Part shown: piece by piece, positions 8,427-16,208 of the stretch | Numbering within the stretch: position 1 is the first letter of the stretch | Layout of the letters: every line of letters starts with the position of its first letter | Source of the DNA: an uncultured bacterium | Lineage (GTDB): Bacteria > Krumholzibacteriota > Krumholzibacteriia > JACNKJ01 | DNA length: 31,997 nucleotides | NCBI GenBank assembly: GCA_964627205.1 | Contig: CAZVHI010000040.1 | Location: 1-31,997, forward strand | Reading direction: 5' to 3' | The notes under the pieces: generated by a model | Database searches by the model: none | Told to the model about the DNA's origin: nothing | The model's input: the letters and a program-made list of their open reading frames with translations, nothing else | Position numbers and translations under genes: made by a program

Positions 8427-11141
8427 ATGACGACCTGCACACATTGCAAGACGGAGCTTCCCGAGGGGAGCCGTTTCTGTCCGTCCTGCGGCGCGGCCCG
8501 AGCCTCCGACCCGACGGCGAAGACCATCGACTCGGGTGCGTCGAGCTTTCCGACCACGCCGGTCCCAGCACCCTCGCAGCGGCGCGAATCGGGCGACGCG
8601 GGCTCGCGGCCTTTGTCCAGCGGCGGTTCAGGCGGGCGCTTCGCGCCGGGGCAGATCCTGGGCGAGCGCTACCGCATCGTCGCCCTGGCGGGCGAAGGCG
8701 GGATGGGCGAGGTCTACCGCGCGGACGACCTCACCCTCGAGCAGCCCGTCGCCCTCAAATTTCTGCCGGAGGGTCTGGACCGGCATCCCGACAAGCTCGC
8801 GCGCTTCCGCGGCGAGGTCCGGCTCGCGCGCAAGGTCTCGCACCGTAACGTCTGCCGCGTCCACGACATCGGCGAGGCCGCGGGGCTGCAGTTCCTCTCG
8901 ATGGAGTACGTGGACGGCGAGGACCTCGCCACTCTTCTCAAGCGCATCGGCCGCCTCCCCCGCGACAAGGGCCTGGAGATCGCGCGGCAGCTCTGCGCGG
9001 GCCTGGCCTCCGCCCACGAGAAGGGCATCCTGCACCGCGACCTGAAGCCCGCCAACGTCATGATCGACGGCCAGGGCATGGTGCGCATCACCGACTTCGG
9101 GCTGGCGGCGCTCGCGGGCGCCGAAGGCGGCGAGCGCGTCTTCGCGGGCACACCCGCCTACATGGCCCCCGAGCAGCTGGCGGGGGAGGAGGGGACGGTA
9201 CGCAGCGAGCTCTACGCCCTCGGGCTCGTGCTCTACGAGATCTTCACGGGCAAGACCGTCCACGGCGGCGCCACGATCGCCGAGATCACGCGCCAGCAGC
9301 GCGAGACGGACCCAGCGAGCCCGTCGACGATCGTCGACGACATCGATCCCGTCGTCGAGCGCGTGATCCTCCACTGCCTGGAGAAGAACCCCGAGCTGCG
9401 CCCGGCCTCCGCCCTCGAGGTGGCGGCGGCGCTGCCCGGCGGCGACCCCCTCGCGGCCGCCCTGGCAGCGGGCGAGGTGCCGTCGCCGGAGATGGTCGCC
9501 GCCGCGGGCAAGCGTGGCGCGATCCGCCCCGTCTGGGGCTGGCTCTGCCTCCTGGGCACGGCGCTGGCCCTCGTGCTCGCCGTCCTCCTGGCGAGCCAGG
9601 TGACCTTGCTCCGGCTCGTGCCCCTCGAGAAGCCGCCGCCAGTGCTCGCGGAGCGTTCCCGGGAGATCATCCAGTCGCTCGGCTACGACGAACCCGTCAC
9701 CGACAGTGCGAGCGGCTTCAGCTTGAACTACGACCTCCTGCAGTTCATGGCGGGCAGCGATTCGTCTTCCTCGCGCTGGGGGAAGCTCGGCTTGGGGCGG
9801 CCGGCGGCGGTCTACTTCTGGTTCCGCGAGAGCCCGCGGCACCTCATCGCGCAAGACGCGGACGGCGACGTCTCGCGGCGCGACCCGCCCATGCTGATCT
9901 CGGGTGAGAGAAGAGTGTTCCTCGACGCCAAGGGCCGCCTGCTCCGCTTCGACGCGGTGCCGCCACAGGTCGATATCGTGGAGCCGGATCCCGATCCGGC
10001 GGATTGGACGGCGCTCTTCGCCGAGGCTGGACTCGATGGGGGACTCTTCGCGCCGGTGGACTCCGTGTGGAACCCGCCGGTCTACTGCAACGAGCTTGCG
10101 GCTTGGGAGGGGAGCCTGCCCGAGCTGCCGGACAGGAGGATCCGCGTCGAGGCAGGCGCCTACCGCGGCCGGCCCGTCTACTTCCGGATCCACGGCCCCT
10201 GGAGCCGCGCGGAGCGCATGCAGCCTCCCCAGCTCGGGTCGGGTCTTAAAGCGGCCCTGGTCATGAACGTCGTGCTGATGCTGGCGGCGCTGATCGCCTC
10301 CGCCCTGATCGTCCGCCGGAACCTGCGTCTGGGACTCGGCGACCGCCGCGGGGCCTTCCGCATCGCCCTCTACGTCTTTGTGGTGACCATGATCGGCTGG
10401 CTTCTCAGGGCCGACCACGTGCCCTCGCCCGCTGATGAGCTCGAGCTCTTCGAGAGGGGCGCGGGCGCGGGGCTCTTCGTGGCGGGCATCGTCTGGCTGC
10501 TCTACATGGCCCTCGAGCCGGCCGTGCGTCGCCGCTGGCCCCAGCGCCTCGTGGCCTGGAGCCGGCTCCTCGCGGGGCGCTTCACCGATCCCCTCGTCGG
10601 TCGAGACCTACTGCTGGGCGTGTCCTTCGGCATGGCCACGCTCTTCCTCGTCAAACTGGCGAACGCGGTCCCCGCCTGGCTCGGCCTGCCGGCACCGATG
10701 CCCGGCCTCACGGGGATGGTCGGCTTCGGCGGTCTTCCCCAGGCCTTCGCGGTTCTCTTCAACACCCAGGTGGTCGCCCTGATCAACGCCCTGTTCTTCC
10801 TATTCTTCCCGCTCGTGCTCTTCATGGTCCTGCGCAGGATCTGGGCGGCGGTCGCCGTCTTCTTCCTGATCCTGGTCGCGATGTTCACGATGACCTTTGG
10901 CCACCTCGCGATCGGCATCGTGACCGGCGCGTTGCTCATGGGCTCGTGGATCTTCGTGGCCCTACGCCTCGGAGTCCTGGCGAGCGCCGCCTGCTTCTTC
11001 GCCTACTTCACGCTGACCATGCTGCCGGTCACCTTCGACAACTCCGCCTGGTACATGAGCAGCAGCCTGGTGGGGGTGATCGTCGTGCTGGCCCTCGCGG
11101 TCTTCGGCTTCCGCAGCGCCATGGGCGCCAGCCGCACCTAG
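8427..11141 (+). CDS. Hanks-type Ser/Thr protein kinase (904 aa) with an N-terminal zinc ribbon, one transmembrane (TM) helix, a ~230-aa extracytoplasmic segment and a C-terminal polytopic (7-8 TM) membrane domain.
   Basis: N-terminus MTTCTHCKTELPEGSRFCPSCG has two CxxC pairs. Kinase motifs: GEGGMGEVY (Gly loop), ALK (VAIK Lys), HRDLKPANVM (catalytic loop), DFG and APE. After the kinase come the hydrophobic helix WGWLCLLGTALALVLAVLLA, a soluble segment, then many hydrophobic helices through to the C-terminus. The track ORF extends upstream to 8004 across the terminator and is rejected. Confidence 0.8.
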   Translation: MTTCTHCKTELPEGSRFCPSCGAARASDPTAKTIDSGASSFPTTPVPAPSQRRESGDAGSRPLSSGGSGGRFAPGQILGERYRIVALAGEGGMGEVYRADDLTLEQPVALKFLPEGLDRHPDKLARFRGEVRLARKVSHRNVCRVHDIGEAAGLQFLSMEYVDGEDLATLLKRIGRLPRDKGLEIARQLCAGLASAHEKGILHRDLKPANVMIDGQGMVRITDFGLAALAGAEGGERVFAGTPAYMAPEQLAGEEGTVRSELYALGLVLYEIFTGKTVHGGATIAEITRQQRETDPASPSTIVDDIDPVVERVILHCLEKNPELRPASALEVAAALPGGDPLAAALAAGEVPSPEMVAAAGKRGAIRPVWGWLCLLGTALALVLAVLLASQVTLLRLVPLEKPPPVLAERSREIIQSLGYDEPVTDSASGFSLNYDLLQFMAGSDSSSSRWGKLGLGRPAAVYFWFRESPRHLIAQDADGDVSRRDPPMLISGERRVFLDAKGRLLRFDAVPPQVDIVEPDPDPADWTALFAEAGLDGGLFAPVDSVWNPPVYCNELAAWEGSLPELPDRRIRVEAGAYRGRPVYFRIHGPWSRAERMQPPQLGSGLKAALVMNVVLMLAALIASALIVRRNLRLGLGDRRGAFRIALYVFVVTMIGWLLRADHVPSPADELELFERGAGAGLFVAGIVWLLYMALEPAVRRRWPQRLVAWSRLLAGRFTDPLVGRDLLLGVSFGMATLFLVKLANAVPAWLGLPAPMPGLTGMVGFGGLPQAFAVLFNTQVVALINALFFLFFPLVLFMVLRRIWAAVAVFFLILVAMFTMTFGHLAIGIVTGALLMGSWIFVALRLGVLASAACFFAYFTLTMLPVTFDNSAWYMSSSLVGVIVVLALAVFGFRSAMGASRT

Positions 11142-11163
11142 CAACTCCGCGGGCAAAAGGAAA

Positions 11164-11187
11164 AGCCGGGACCTCGCGGCCCCGGCT
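11164..11187. terminator. Bidirectional terminator hairpin between convergent genes (AGCCGGGACC-tcgc-GGCCCCGGCT, one mismatch), A-rich on the 5' side and T-rich on the 3' side.
   Basis: Stem-loop centred in the 76-nt gap between the 11141 (+) and 11218 (-) stops. It is flanked by CAAAAGGAAAAG upstream and CTCTCCTGCCTTTCG downstream. Confidence 0.55.
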
Positions 11188-11217
11188 CTCCTGCCTTTCG
11201 CGTGTGCTGCGCTCGGG

Positions 11218-12564
11218 CTAGGTCTCTACCTCTTCCACCTCAGCCTCCAGCATGCGCAGGAAGGCGCCGAGGATGTCGTCCATGTCGGGCCGGCCGATCT
11301 CCTCGAGGGAGTAGGTCACCCGCGTGCTGGGGTGCTGGATGTCGATGATCCGCCGCAGGTCGATGGGCGTGCCGATGACCACGGCCTCGCATTCGGTGGC
11401 GTTGATCGTCGCCTCGAGGTCCTTGATCTGATCGTCGCCGTAGCCCATGGCCGGCAGCAGGATGCCGATGTCCTCGTAGTGGTCGAAGGTCTCCACGAGC
11501 TTGCCGACGAGCCAGGGGCGGGGGTCGACGGGCATGCCGCCGTGCTTGAGCACGGCCACCGTGCCGGCGCCCAGCTTCATCTCGCCGTGCGTGAGCGTGG
11601 GGCCGTCCTCGACGATGAGCACCTGCTTGCCCTCGATCAGGTCGGGATCCTCCACGCTGATGGGGCTGGCCGCGTCGACGATCACGGCCTCGGGGTTGAG
11701 CTCGCGGACGACGTCGCGGACCTCCTCGATCTCGTCCAGGCCCGCGCTGTCGATCTTGTTGATCACGACGACGTCCGCCTGGAGGAGGTTCGTCTCGCCG
11801 GGGTAGTAGCTGGACTCGTGGCCGGGACGGAGCGGGTCGACCACGGTGATCAGCAGGTTGGGCAGGAAGAAGCTGGTGTCGTTGTTGCCGCCGTCCCAGA
11901 GGATGACGTCGGCCTCCTTCTCCGCCTCGCGCAGGATGGCCTCGTAGTCCACGCCGGCGTAGACGACGTGCCCGGCCGCGATGTGCGGCTCGTACTCCTC
12001 CATCTCCTCGATGCTGCAGTCCTGCTCCTTCAGGTCGTCGAGTGTGGCGAAGCGCTGGACGGCTTGCTTGACGAGGTCGCCGTAGGGCATGGGGTGGCGG
12101 ACGGCCACGACCTTCTTGCCCAGGTCGCTCAGGATCTCCATCACCTTGCGCGTCGTCTGGCTCTTGCCGCAGCCGGTACGCGTGGCGCAGACGGCGATGA
12201 CGGGCTTGCTGCTCTCGAGCATGGTGGCGGCCGTGCCGATGAGCTTGAAGTCCGGGCCCATGGCGTTCACGAAGCTGGCAGCGTGCATCACGTGCTCGTG
12301 GGGGACGTCGCTGTAGGAGAACACGACCTCTTCGACCTGATATTCGTCGATCAGCTCGGCGAGATCCTCCTCCGGGTGGATGGGAATGCCCTCGGGGTAG
12401 AGCCCGCCCGCCAGCTCGGCGGGGTAGCGCCGGCCGTCGATGTCGGGAATCTGCGTGGCCGTGAAGGCGACGACCTCGATGTCCTCGTTGTCCCGGTACA
12501 GGACATTGAAGTTGTGAAAGTCGCGGCCCGCCGCGCCCATGATGATGATCTTCTTGCGTGCCAT
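11218..12564 (-). CDS. P-loop GTPase-like protein of the cyclic 2,3-diphosphoglycerate synthetase (COG2403-like) family, 448 aa.
   Basis: ATG at 12564 with GAGGAG 8 nt upstream. Walker A TRTGCGKS, Walker B VILWDGG and NKID (G4-like) in the central domain. Overall length and N-terminus (KKIIIMGAAGRDFHNF) fit cDPGS-family proteins as I remember them. Family assignment is from memory, not a search. Confidence 0.45.
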   Translation of the reverse strand: MARKKIIIMGAAGRDFHNFNVLYRDNEDIEVVAFTATQIPDIDGRRYPAELAGGLYPEGIPIHPEEDLAELIDEYQVEEVVFSYSDVPHEHVMHAASFVNAMGPDFKLIGTAATMLESSKPVIAVCATRTGCGKSQTTRKVMEILSDLGKKVVAVRHPMPYGDLVKQAVQRFATLDDLKEQDCSIEEMEEYEPHIAAGHVVYAGVDYEAILREAEKEADVILWDGGNNDTSFFLPNLLITVVDPLRPGHESSYYPGETNLLQADVVVINKIDSAGLDEIEEVRDVVRELNPEAVIVDAASPISVEDPDLIEGKQVLIVEDGPTLTHGEMKLGAGTVAVLKHGGMPVDPRPWLVGKLVETFDHYEDIGILLPAMGYGDDQIKDLEATINATECEAVVIGTPIDLRRIIDIQHPSTRVTYSLEEIGRPDMDDILGAFLRMLEAEVEEVET

Positions 12565-12735
12565 GGAATTCTCCTCGGTACAGAGCCGAGTCGCGTCCGC
12601 GGGACCGGGAGGCCGCCGCGGGAAGACCCTGGCCGGGTGGGTGGATCTAACAGGCGCATAGTAAAAGAGTTGTGCGGAAAGTCAAGACACCCCGCCCCCT
12701 TGCGTCCTCGCGCGCGGGCGACTACTGTGTCGCCC

Positions 12736-13608
12736 ATGCAGGGAACACTGACCGGCTACTCCAAGGCGCTCTACGCCACCTGGTTCTACTACAAGCCCGC
12801 CCGGCTCCTGCTGGATGCGGGGGAGGGCATCGTCCACTCCCTGGGCAAGAAGATCTTCGGCATCCGGCGGGTCTTCCTCACCCATGGGCACGAGGACCAC
12901 ATCGCCGGTCTGCCCAGCCTGGTCAACCTGCGGAACCTGAGCAACGGCGACCGCGACATCCCCCTCAGCGTGCACTACCCCGCGGGCGATCCCTTCATCG
13001 AGTACCTGCGGGAGTACCTGGACAGAAAACAAAAACATCGCCTCCAGTATCGCCTCAGCTGGGAGGAGCTGGAGCCGGGAAGCCACGTGGAGCTGGATGT
13101 CACGCGCCGCAGCACGCGCGTGACGGCCTTCGGCGTGCAGCACACACGCGGCTGGCAGAGCGTGGGCTATCGGATCGAGGAGAAGCGCCAGGCCCTGCGG
13201 CCCGAGTATGCGTCCGCGTCCCCCGACGAGGTGAAGGGGCTCATCGCCGACCGGGGACGCGATGCGGTGTTGGCGAAATTCTGGCACCCGGTGCTCGTCT
13301 ACACGGGCGACAGCGTGCCTCTGACCGACCTCGCGCCCTGCCGCGAGGCGGACGTCCTGCTGATCGACTCCACCTTCCGTAGCGCCGAGGACCTGGCCGA
13401 GAGCCGCACGCGTCACGGACACATCGACGCCAGCTTCGAGACGGCCATGGCCGCCGGTGTCAAACATCTGGTCCTGGTCCACCTCTCGGGTCGCTATAGC
13501 CGCCAGGAGACGCTCGACGCCATCGAGAAGGCCGCGGCCCAGCACGGCCGCCCGCCCCGGCTCGGCTACTTCTTCGAGGGCCACTATTACGAGCTAGCAG
13601 CCTGCTAA
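12736..13608 (+). CDS. MBL-fold metallo-hydrolase, RNase Z/ElaC-like (290 aa).
   Basis: LLDAGEG...FLTHGHEDHIAGLP matches the metallo-beta-lactamase HxHxDH motif and the RNase Z N-terminal organisation. ATG at 12736 is immediately preceded by a perfect 7-bp inverted repeat (GGGCGAC-N6-GTCGCCC) and no obvious SD. The track ORF running back to 11332 is antisense to the GTPase gene and is rejected. Confidence 0.6.
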   Translation: MQGTLTGYSKALYATWFYYKPARLLLDAGEGIVHSLGKKIFGIRRVFLTHGHEDHIAGLPSLVNLRNLSNGDRDIPLSVHYPAGDPFIEYLREYLDRKQKHRLQYRLSWEELEPGSHVELDVTRRSTRVTAFGVQHTRGWQSVGYRIEEKRQALRPEYASASPDEVKGLIADRGRDAVLAKFWHPVLVYTGDSVPLTDLAPCREADVLLIDSTFRSAEDLAESRTRHGHIDASFETAMAAGVKHLVLVHLSGRYSRQETLDAIEKAAAQHGRPPRLGYFFEGHYYELAAC

Positions 13609-13739
13609 GGGTGTGGCCGGCGCCGCGGGCTGAGTTCCCTCCCGGGGCCCGGGATTCCCGACGCTTCCGAATCATCCCTCAAGCTTCGCTGTCCGGATGA
13701 CGATCCTTGGGCAGGACCCCGATCCTGGAAGGAATCGTC

Positions 13740-14090
13740 ATGTCAGAGAGAAGGACTTTCGCCAGGAAGCACCTGATCTTCCACCTGAAGGTCTTCGACG
13801 CGAGCAAGACAGAGCTCATGGGGCAGGCCGTGGACATCTCACCGGACGGTCTGAAGATGGTCAGCGCTCATCGGCTGGAGGTGGGGAAGGCCCATGCCAT
13901 CGCGATCGAGCTGCCCCAGGGAGTGGACAAGCGGGAGTACATGGAGATCGAGGCCGAGGCGGTCTGGAGCCAGGAAGACATCAATCCCGGGCTCTACATC
14001 ACCGGCTTCAAGTTCCCGGCCCGCAGCCCCGAGGAGCGCGAGGATCTGAATGTGAGGATCCAGGGCCTCTTCCGGGAATACGTCTTCTAG
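13740..14090 (+). CDS. Single-domain PilZ protein (c-di-GMP receptor), 116 aa.
   Basis: RRTFAR (RxxxR) followed ~25 aa later by DISPDG (D/NxSxxG) are the two PilZ c-di-GMP-binding motifs. ATG at 13740 with GGAAGGA 6 nt upstream. Confidence 0.7.
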   Translation: MSERRTFARKHLIFHLKVFDASKTELMGQAVDISPDGLKMVSAHRLEVGKAHAIAIELPQGVDKREYMEIEAEAVWSQEDINPGLYITGFKFPARSPEEREDLNVRIQGLFREYVF

Positions 14091-14142
14091 CGCGGGCCCG
14101 CCGCGCAACGAAGAGCCCGTGGCAGGCCCACGAGCCCGCGCC

Positions 14143-14556
14143 TCAGAGCGTGATGATCTGCGCGCCCTCGCAACCCGCGAGGAAGGCGGTGGCACCGCTG
14201 AAGCCGTCCACCTTGCCCTTTAGCTCCTCCTCCGCGATACCCAGCACATGCAGCGTGTTCGAGCAGGCGAAGAGCTTCACGCCATCCTGGCGAAGCTGTG
14301 CGAGCAGCTCGCTCGCGCCGGGCTGCCCGGCCAGCGCCGCGCGGACGCCGTCGGCCAGGTCCGCGAGGCCGCTCGGCAGGGGCGCGTCGTCCAGGGTGCC
14401 GCGGGCCAGGCGCAGGAGGGGCTCCCAGCTCAGGAAAAGGCGGACCTCCTTGCCGAGAGCATGCGCGCTGGCCGCAAGATTGACAGCCGCCACGACCCGA
14501 TCCAACCCCCCCGAGACGAGCAGTATGCAGACCTTCCTGTTCTCCTCTTGAGTCAT
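14143..14556 (-). CDS. DsrE/DsrF-like (YchN-fold) small protein, 137 aa.
   Basis: Size and pattern (KVCILLVSGGLDR...conserved Cys in FACSNTLHV...C-terminal GCEGAQII) resemble the DsrE/DsrF/TusD-like family. GGAG upstream of the ATG at 14556. Call is from motif memory only. Confidence 0.45.
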   Translation of the reverse strand: MTQEENRKVCILLVSGGLDRVVAAVNLAASAHALGKEVRLFLSWEPLLRLARGTLDDAPLPSGLADLADGVRAALAGQPGASELLAQLRQDGVKLFACSNTLHVLGIAEEELKGKVDGFSGATAFLAGCEGAQIITL

Positions 14557-14625
14557 GGAATACGCTCCAGAGCGCGCTCTTGAAGAGGGCTACGGTATCA
14601 GTGCGCGGTCTTGAGTGGGTGTAAA

Positions 14626-14702
14626 CGGTCTGCGCTTGGCCGGCTCCCGCCGTAGCGACTGTGAAACCGGAGCCAAGGCGGGAGCCGGCCAAGCGCAGAC
14701 CG
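14626..14702. repeat. Hairpin element A: perfect 26-bp inverted repeat with a 25-nt loop GTAGCGACTGTGAAACCGGAGCCAA. It ends 1 nt from the stop codon of the 14704..15966 gene.
   Basis: 14626-14651 (CGGTCTGCGCTTGGCCGGCTCCCGCC) is the exact reverse complement of 14677-14702. The loop and the inner CGCC/GGCG pairs are almost identical to element B at 30458-30540, while the outer stems are unrelated. Confidence 0.9.
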
Positions 14703-14703
14703 C

Positions 14704-15966
14704 TTAGATATTCTTGAGGACCGCGCTCTGGACCGTGATGAAGTGCATGTTCGCCGTCGTGACGATGTTGGTGTCCTTCCGCTGCTCGCGCGGGTTGCGC
14801 CGGTTCCGCAGGGGGAAGGGCCGGTTGGCCAGGCGCATGTCCACGATCGCACGCTCGTTGTTGGCGGCGGCCATGTCCATGATCTCCTGGATCTCCGGCT
14901 TCACGCCCTCTCGCGGGATGACGAAGCGGAACTCGTCCTCGCCGATGATGTATCGGTCGCCCTCGTTGCTGAGCCGGGCCGTCACGCTGACGGTCTGCCC
15001 GAGCATCCAGCCGAAGGTGGCCTCCTCCAGCGGATCCGCGTCGCGCACACGCACGTAGGCGCCGCGGGCCTCGGTGTCCAGCGCGTCCACGCGGCTGGGC
15101 GCCGAGCCGGAGACGGGGATGCGTCCCAAGTACTTGAGCTCGCCCCGAGGGGAGACCATCTCTTCGCCGACGTAGATTCCGTTGACCCTCATGTTGCCCT
15201 CGCGGGTGTCCAGCTTGAGGGTCACGGGGGCGTTGTTGTGGGCCTCGATGGAGGCCTTCAGGTTGCCGATCCCCTCGATCTTCACGTAGAAGCCGCCCTC
15301 CAGGATCACGTTGTTGCCGCGGATGTAAAGCGGCCGCTTGATCCGGAGGTTCGAACGGTGGCTGAAGTGCGGCTTCAGGAAGTAGGCGAAGTAGTTCTGG
15401 CCTTCGAAGGGTTGCTCGGTGGTCTTCATGACCGCCTGGAGGCTGCGCGGCTCGTAGTGGTCGGCCTGGGCGAGGTAGACCGCGCGGGCCACGACGAGCA
15501 CGACGATGAGCACGCCGAGGCGCACGGCGCTGCCCTTGATCAGGGCGGCGGGGCCCTTCTTGTAGAAGGGCAGGTTCGCCTCCATGATGTGCGTCAGTTC
15601 CTCGGTGAAGGAGTCCTCGCGACTCAGGGTCCGCTTCGCATCCTCGGACGAGGGGATGAACTCCTCGCCCGCGCTCAGGGCGGCGCCCGGTGTCTCGTCG
15701 AGCATCTCGCGAAGAAAGGCGAGGCGGCCTCCGGGGCAGGTGAAGCAGATCTCCTTGCCCGCCTTGCCCGATACGACGAAGTAGTCGTCACCCCGCAGGT
15801 CTTCGTACTCGTCCATGCGGACGATGGCCGACTCGATCGGATCGAGATTCAGTTTCGCGCGGAGCTGCTTCTCCTCGCGGGCGGAGTAGCCGCTCACGCG
15901 GACCTGGTAGTTGGGATCCTTCCTGTAGACGGCGATCCTCATGCGGGACTCTGCCAACGCGCGCAC
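14704..15966 (-). CDS. Hypothetical bitopic membrane protein (~410-420 aa). N-terminal cytoplasmic domain, one TM helix (AVRLGVLIVVLVVARAVYLA), large extracytoplasmic domain.
   Basis: Long ORF with a clear hydrophobic helix ~130 aa in. Start is ambiguous: GTG 15966 has GGAGG directly adjacent, TTG 15957 has GGAGG 8 nt upstream, ATG 15942 has no SD. No named domain recognised. Confidence 0.5.
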   Translation of the reverse strand: MRALAESRMRIAVYRKDPNYQVRVSGYSAREEKQLRAKLNLDPIESAIVRMDEYEDLRGDDYFVVSGKAGKEICFTCPGGRLAFLREMLDETPGAALSAGEEFIPSSEDAKRTLSREDSFTEELTHIMEANLPFYKKGPAALIKGSAVRLGVLIVVLVVARAVYLAQADHYEPRSLQAVMKTTEQPFEGQNYFAYFLKPHFSHRSNLRIKRPLYIRGNNVILEGGFYVKIEGIGNLKASIEAHNNAPVTLKLDTREGNMRVNGIYVGEEMVSPRGELKYLGRIPVSGSAPSRVDALDTEARGAYVRVRDADPLEEATFGWMLGQTVSVTARLSNEGDRYIIGEDEFRFVIPREGVKPEIQEIMDMAAANNERAIVDMRLANRPFPLRNRRNPREQRKDTNIVTTANMHFITVQSAVLKNI

Positions 15967-16148
15967 CTCCGCCGAGCGACAATGGTAATTGAAGTGGGGC
16001 TTGGGATTTATCGAGCCGCGCCAGTCTAGCGCAGGCCCCTGGGGAATGCAACCTGGCAGCGCGAAATATAAGCTCGGCCTCCGCCTGGTGCAATCCTAGC
16101 CCCATAGCCGCGTCTCCCGGCGATCCGTCCTGCGAAGAGCCGCCGGAG

Positions 16149-16177
16149 TTTGACAGGCCACCGGGCGGGACCTATCC
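16149..16177 (+). promoter_or_regulatory. Candidate sigma70-type promoter TTGACA-N17-TATCCT upstream of the 16209 gene.
   Basis: Perfect -35 hexamer and 4/6 -10 with 17-nt spacing, 32 nt upstream of the AGGAGG SD and ATG. Confidence 0.4.
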
Positions 16178-16208
16178 TGCCGGGAGCCCGCCCAGCCCCA
16201 GGAGGAGC

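Noticed and set aside
14091-14142. Possible terminator between convergent PilZ and DsrE-like genes (CGTGG/CCACG stem).
   Set aside because: Only a 5-bp stem and no U-tract. Too weak to call.
16055-16080. TGGCAG-N5-AATAT as a possible sigma54 (-24/-12) promoter upstream of the 16209 gene.
   Set aside because: The -12 element does not match TTGC(A/T). A better sigma70-like TTGACA-N17-TATCCT lies closer to the gene.
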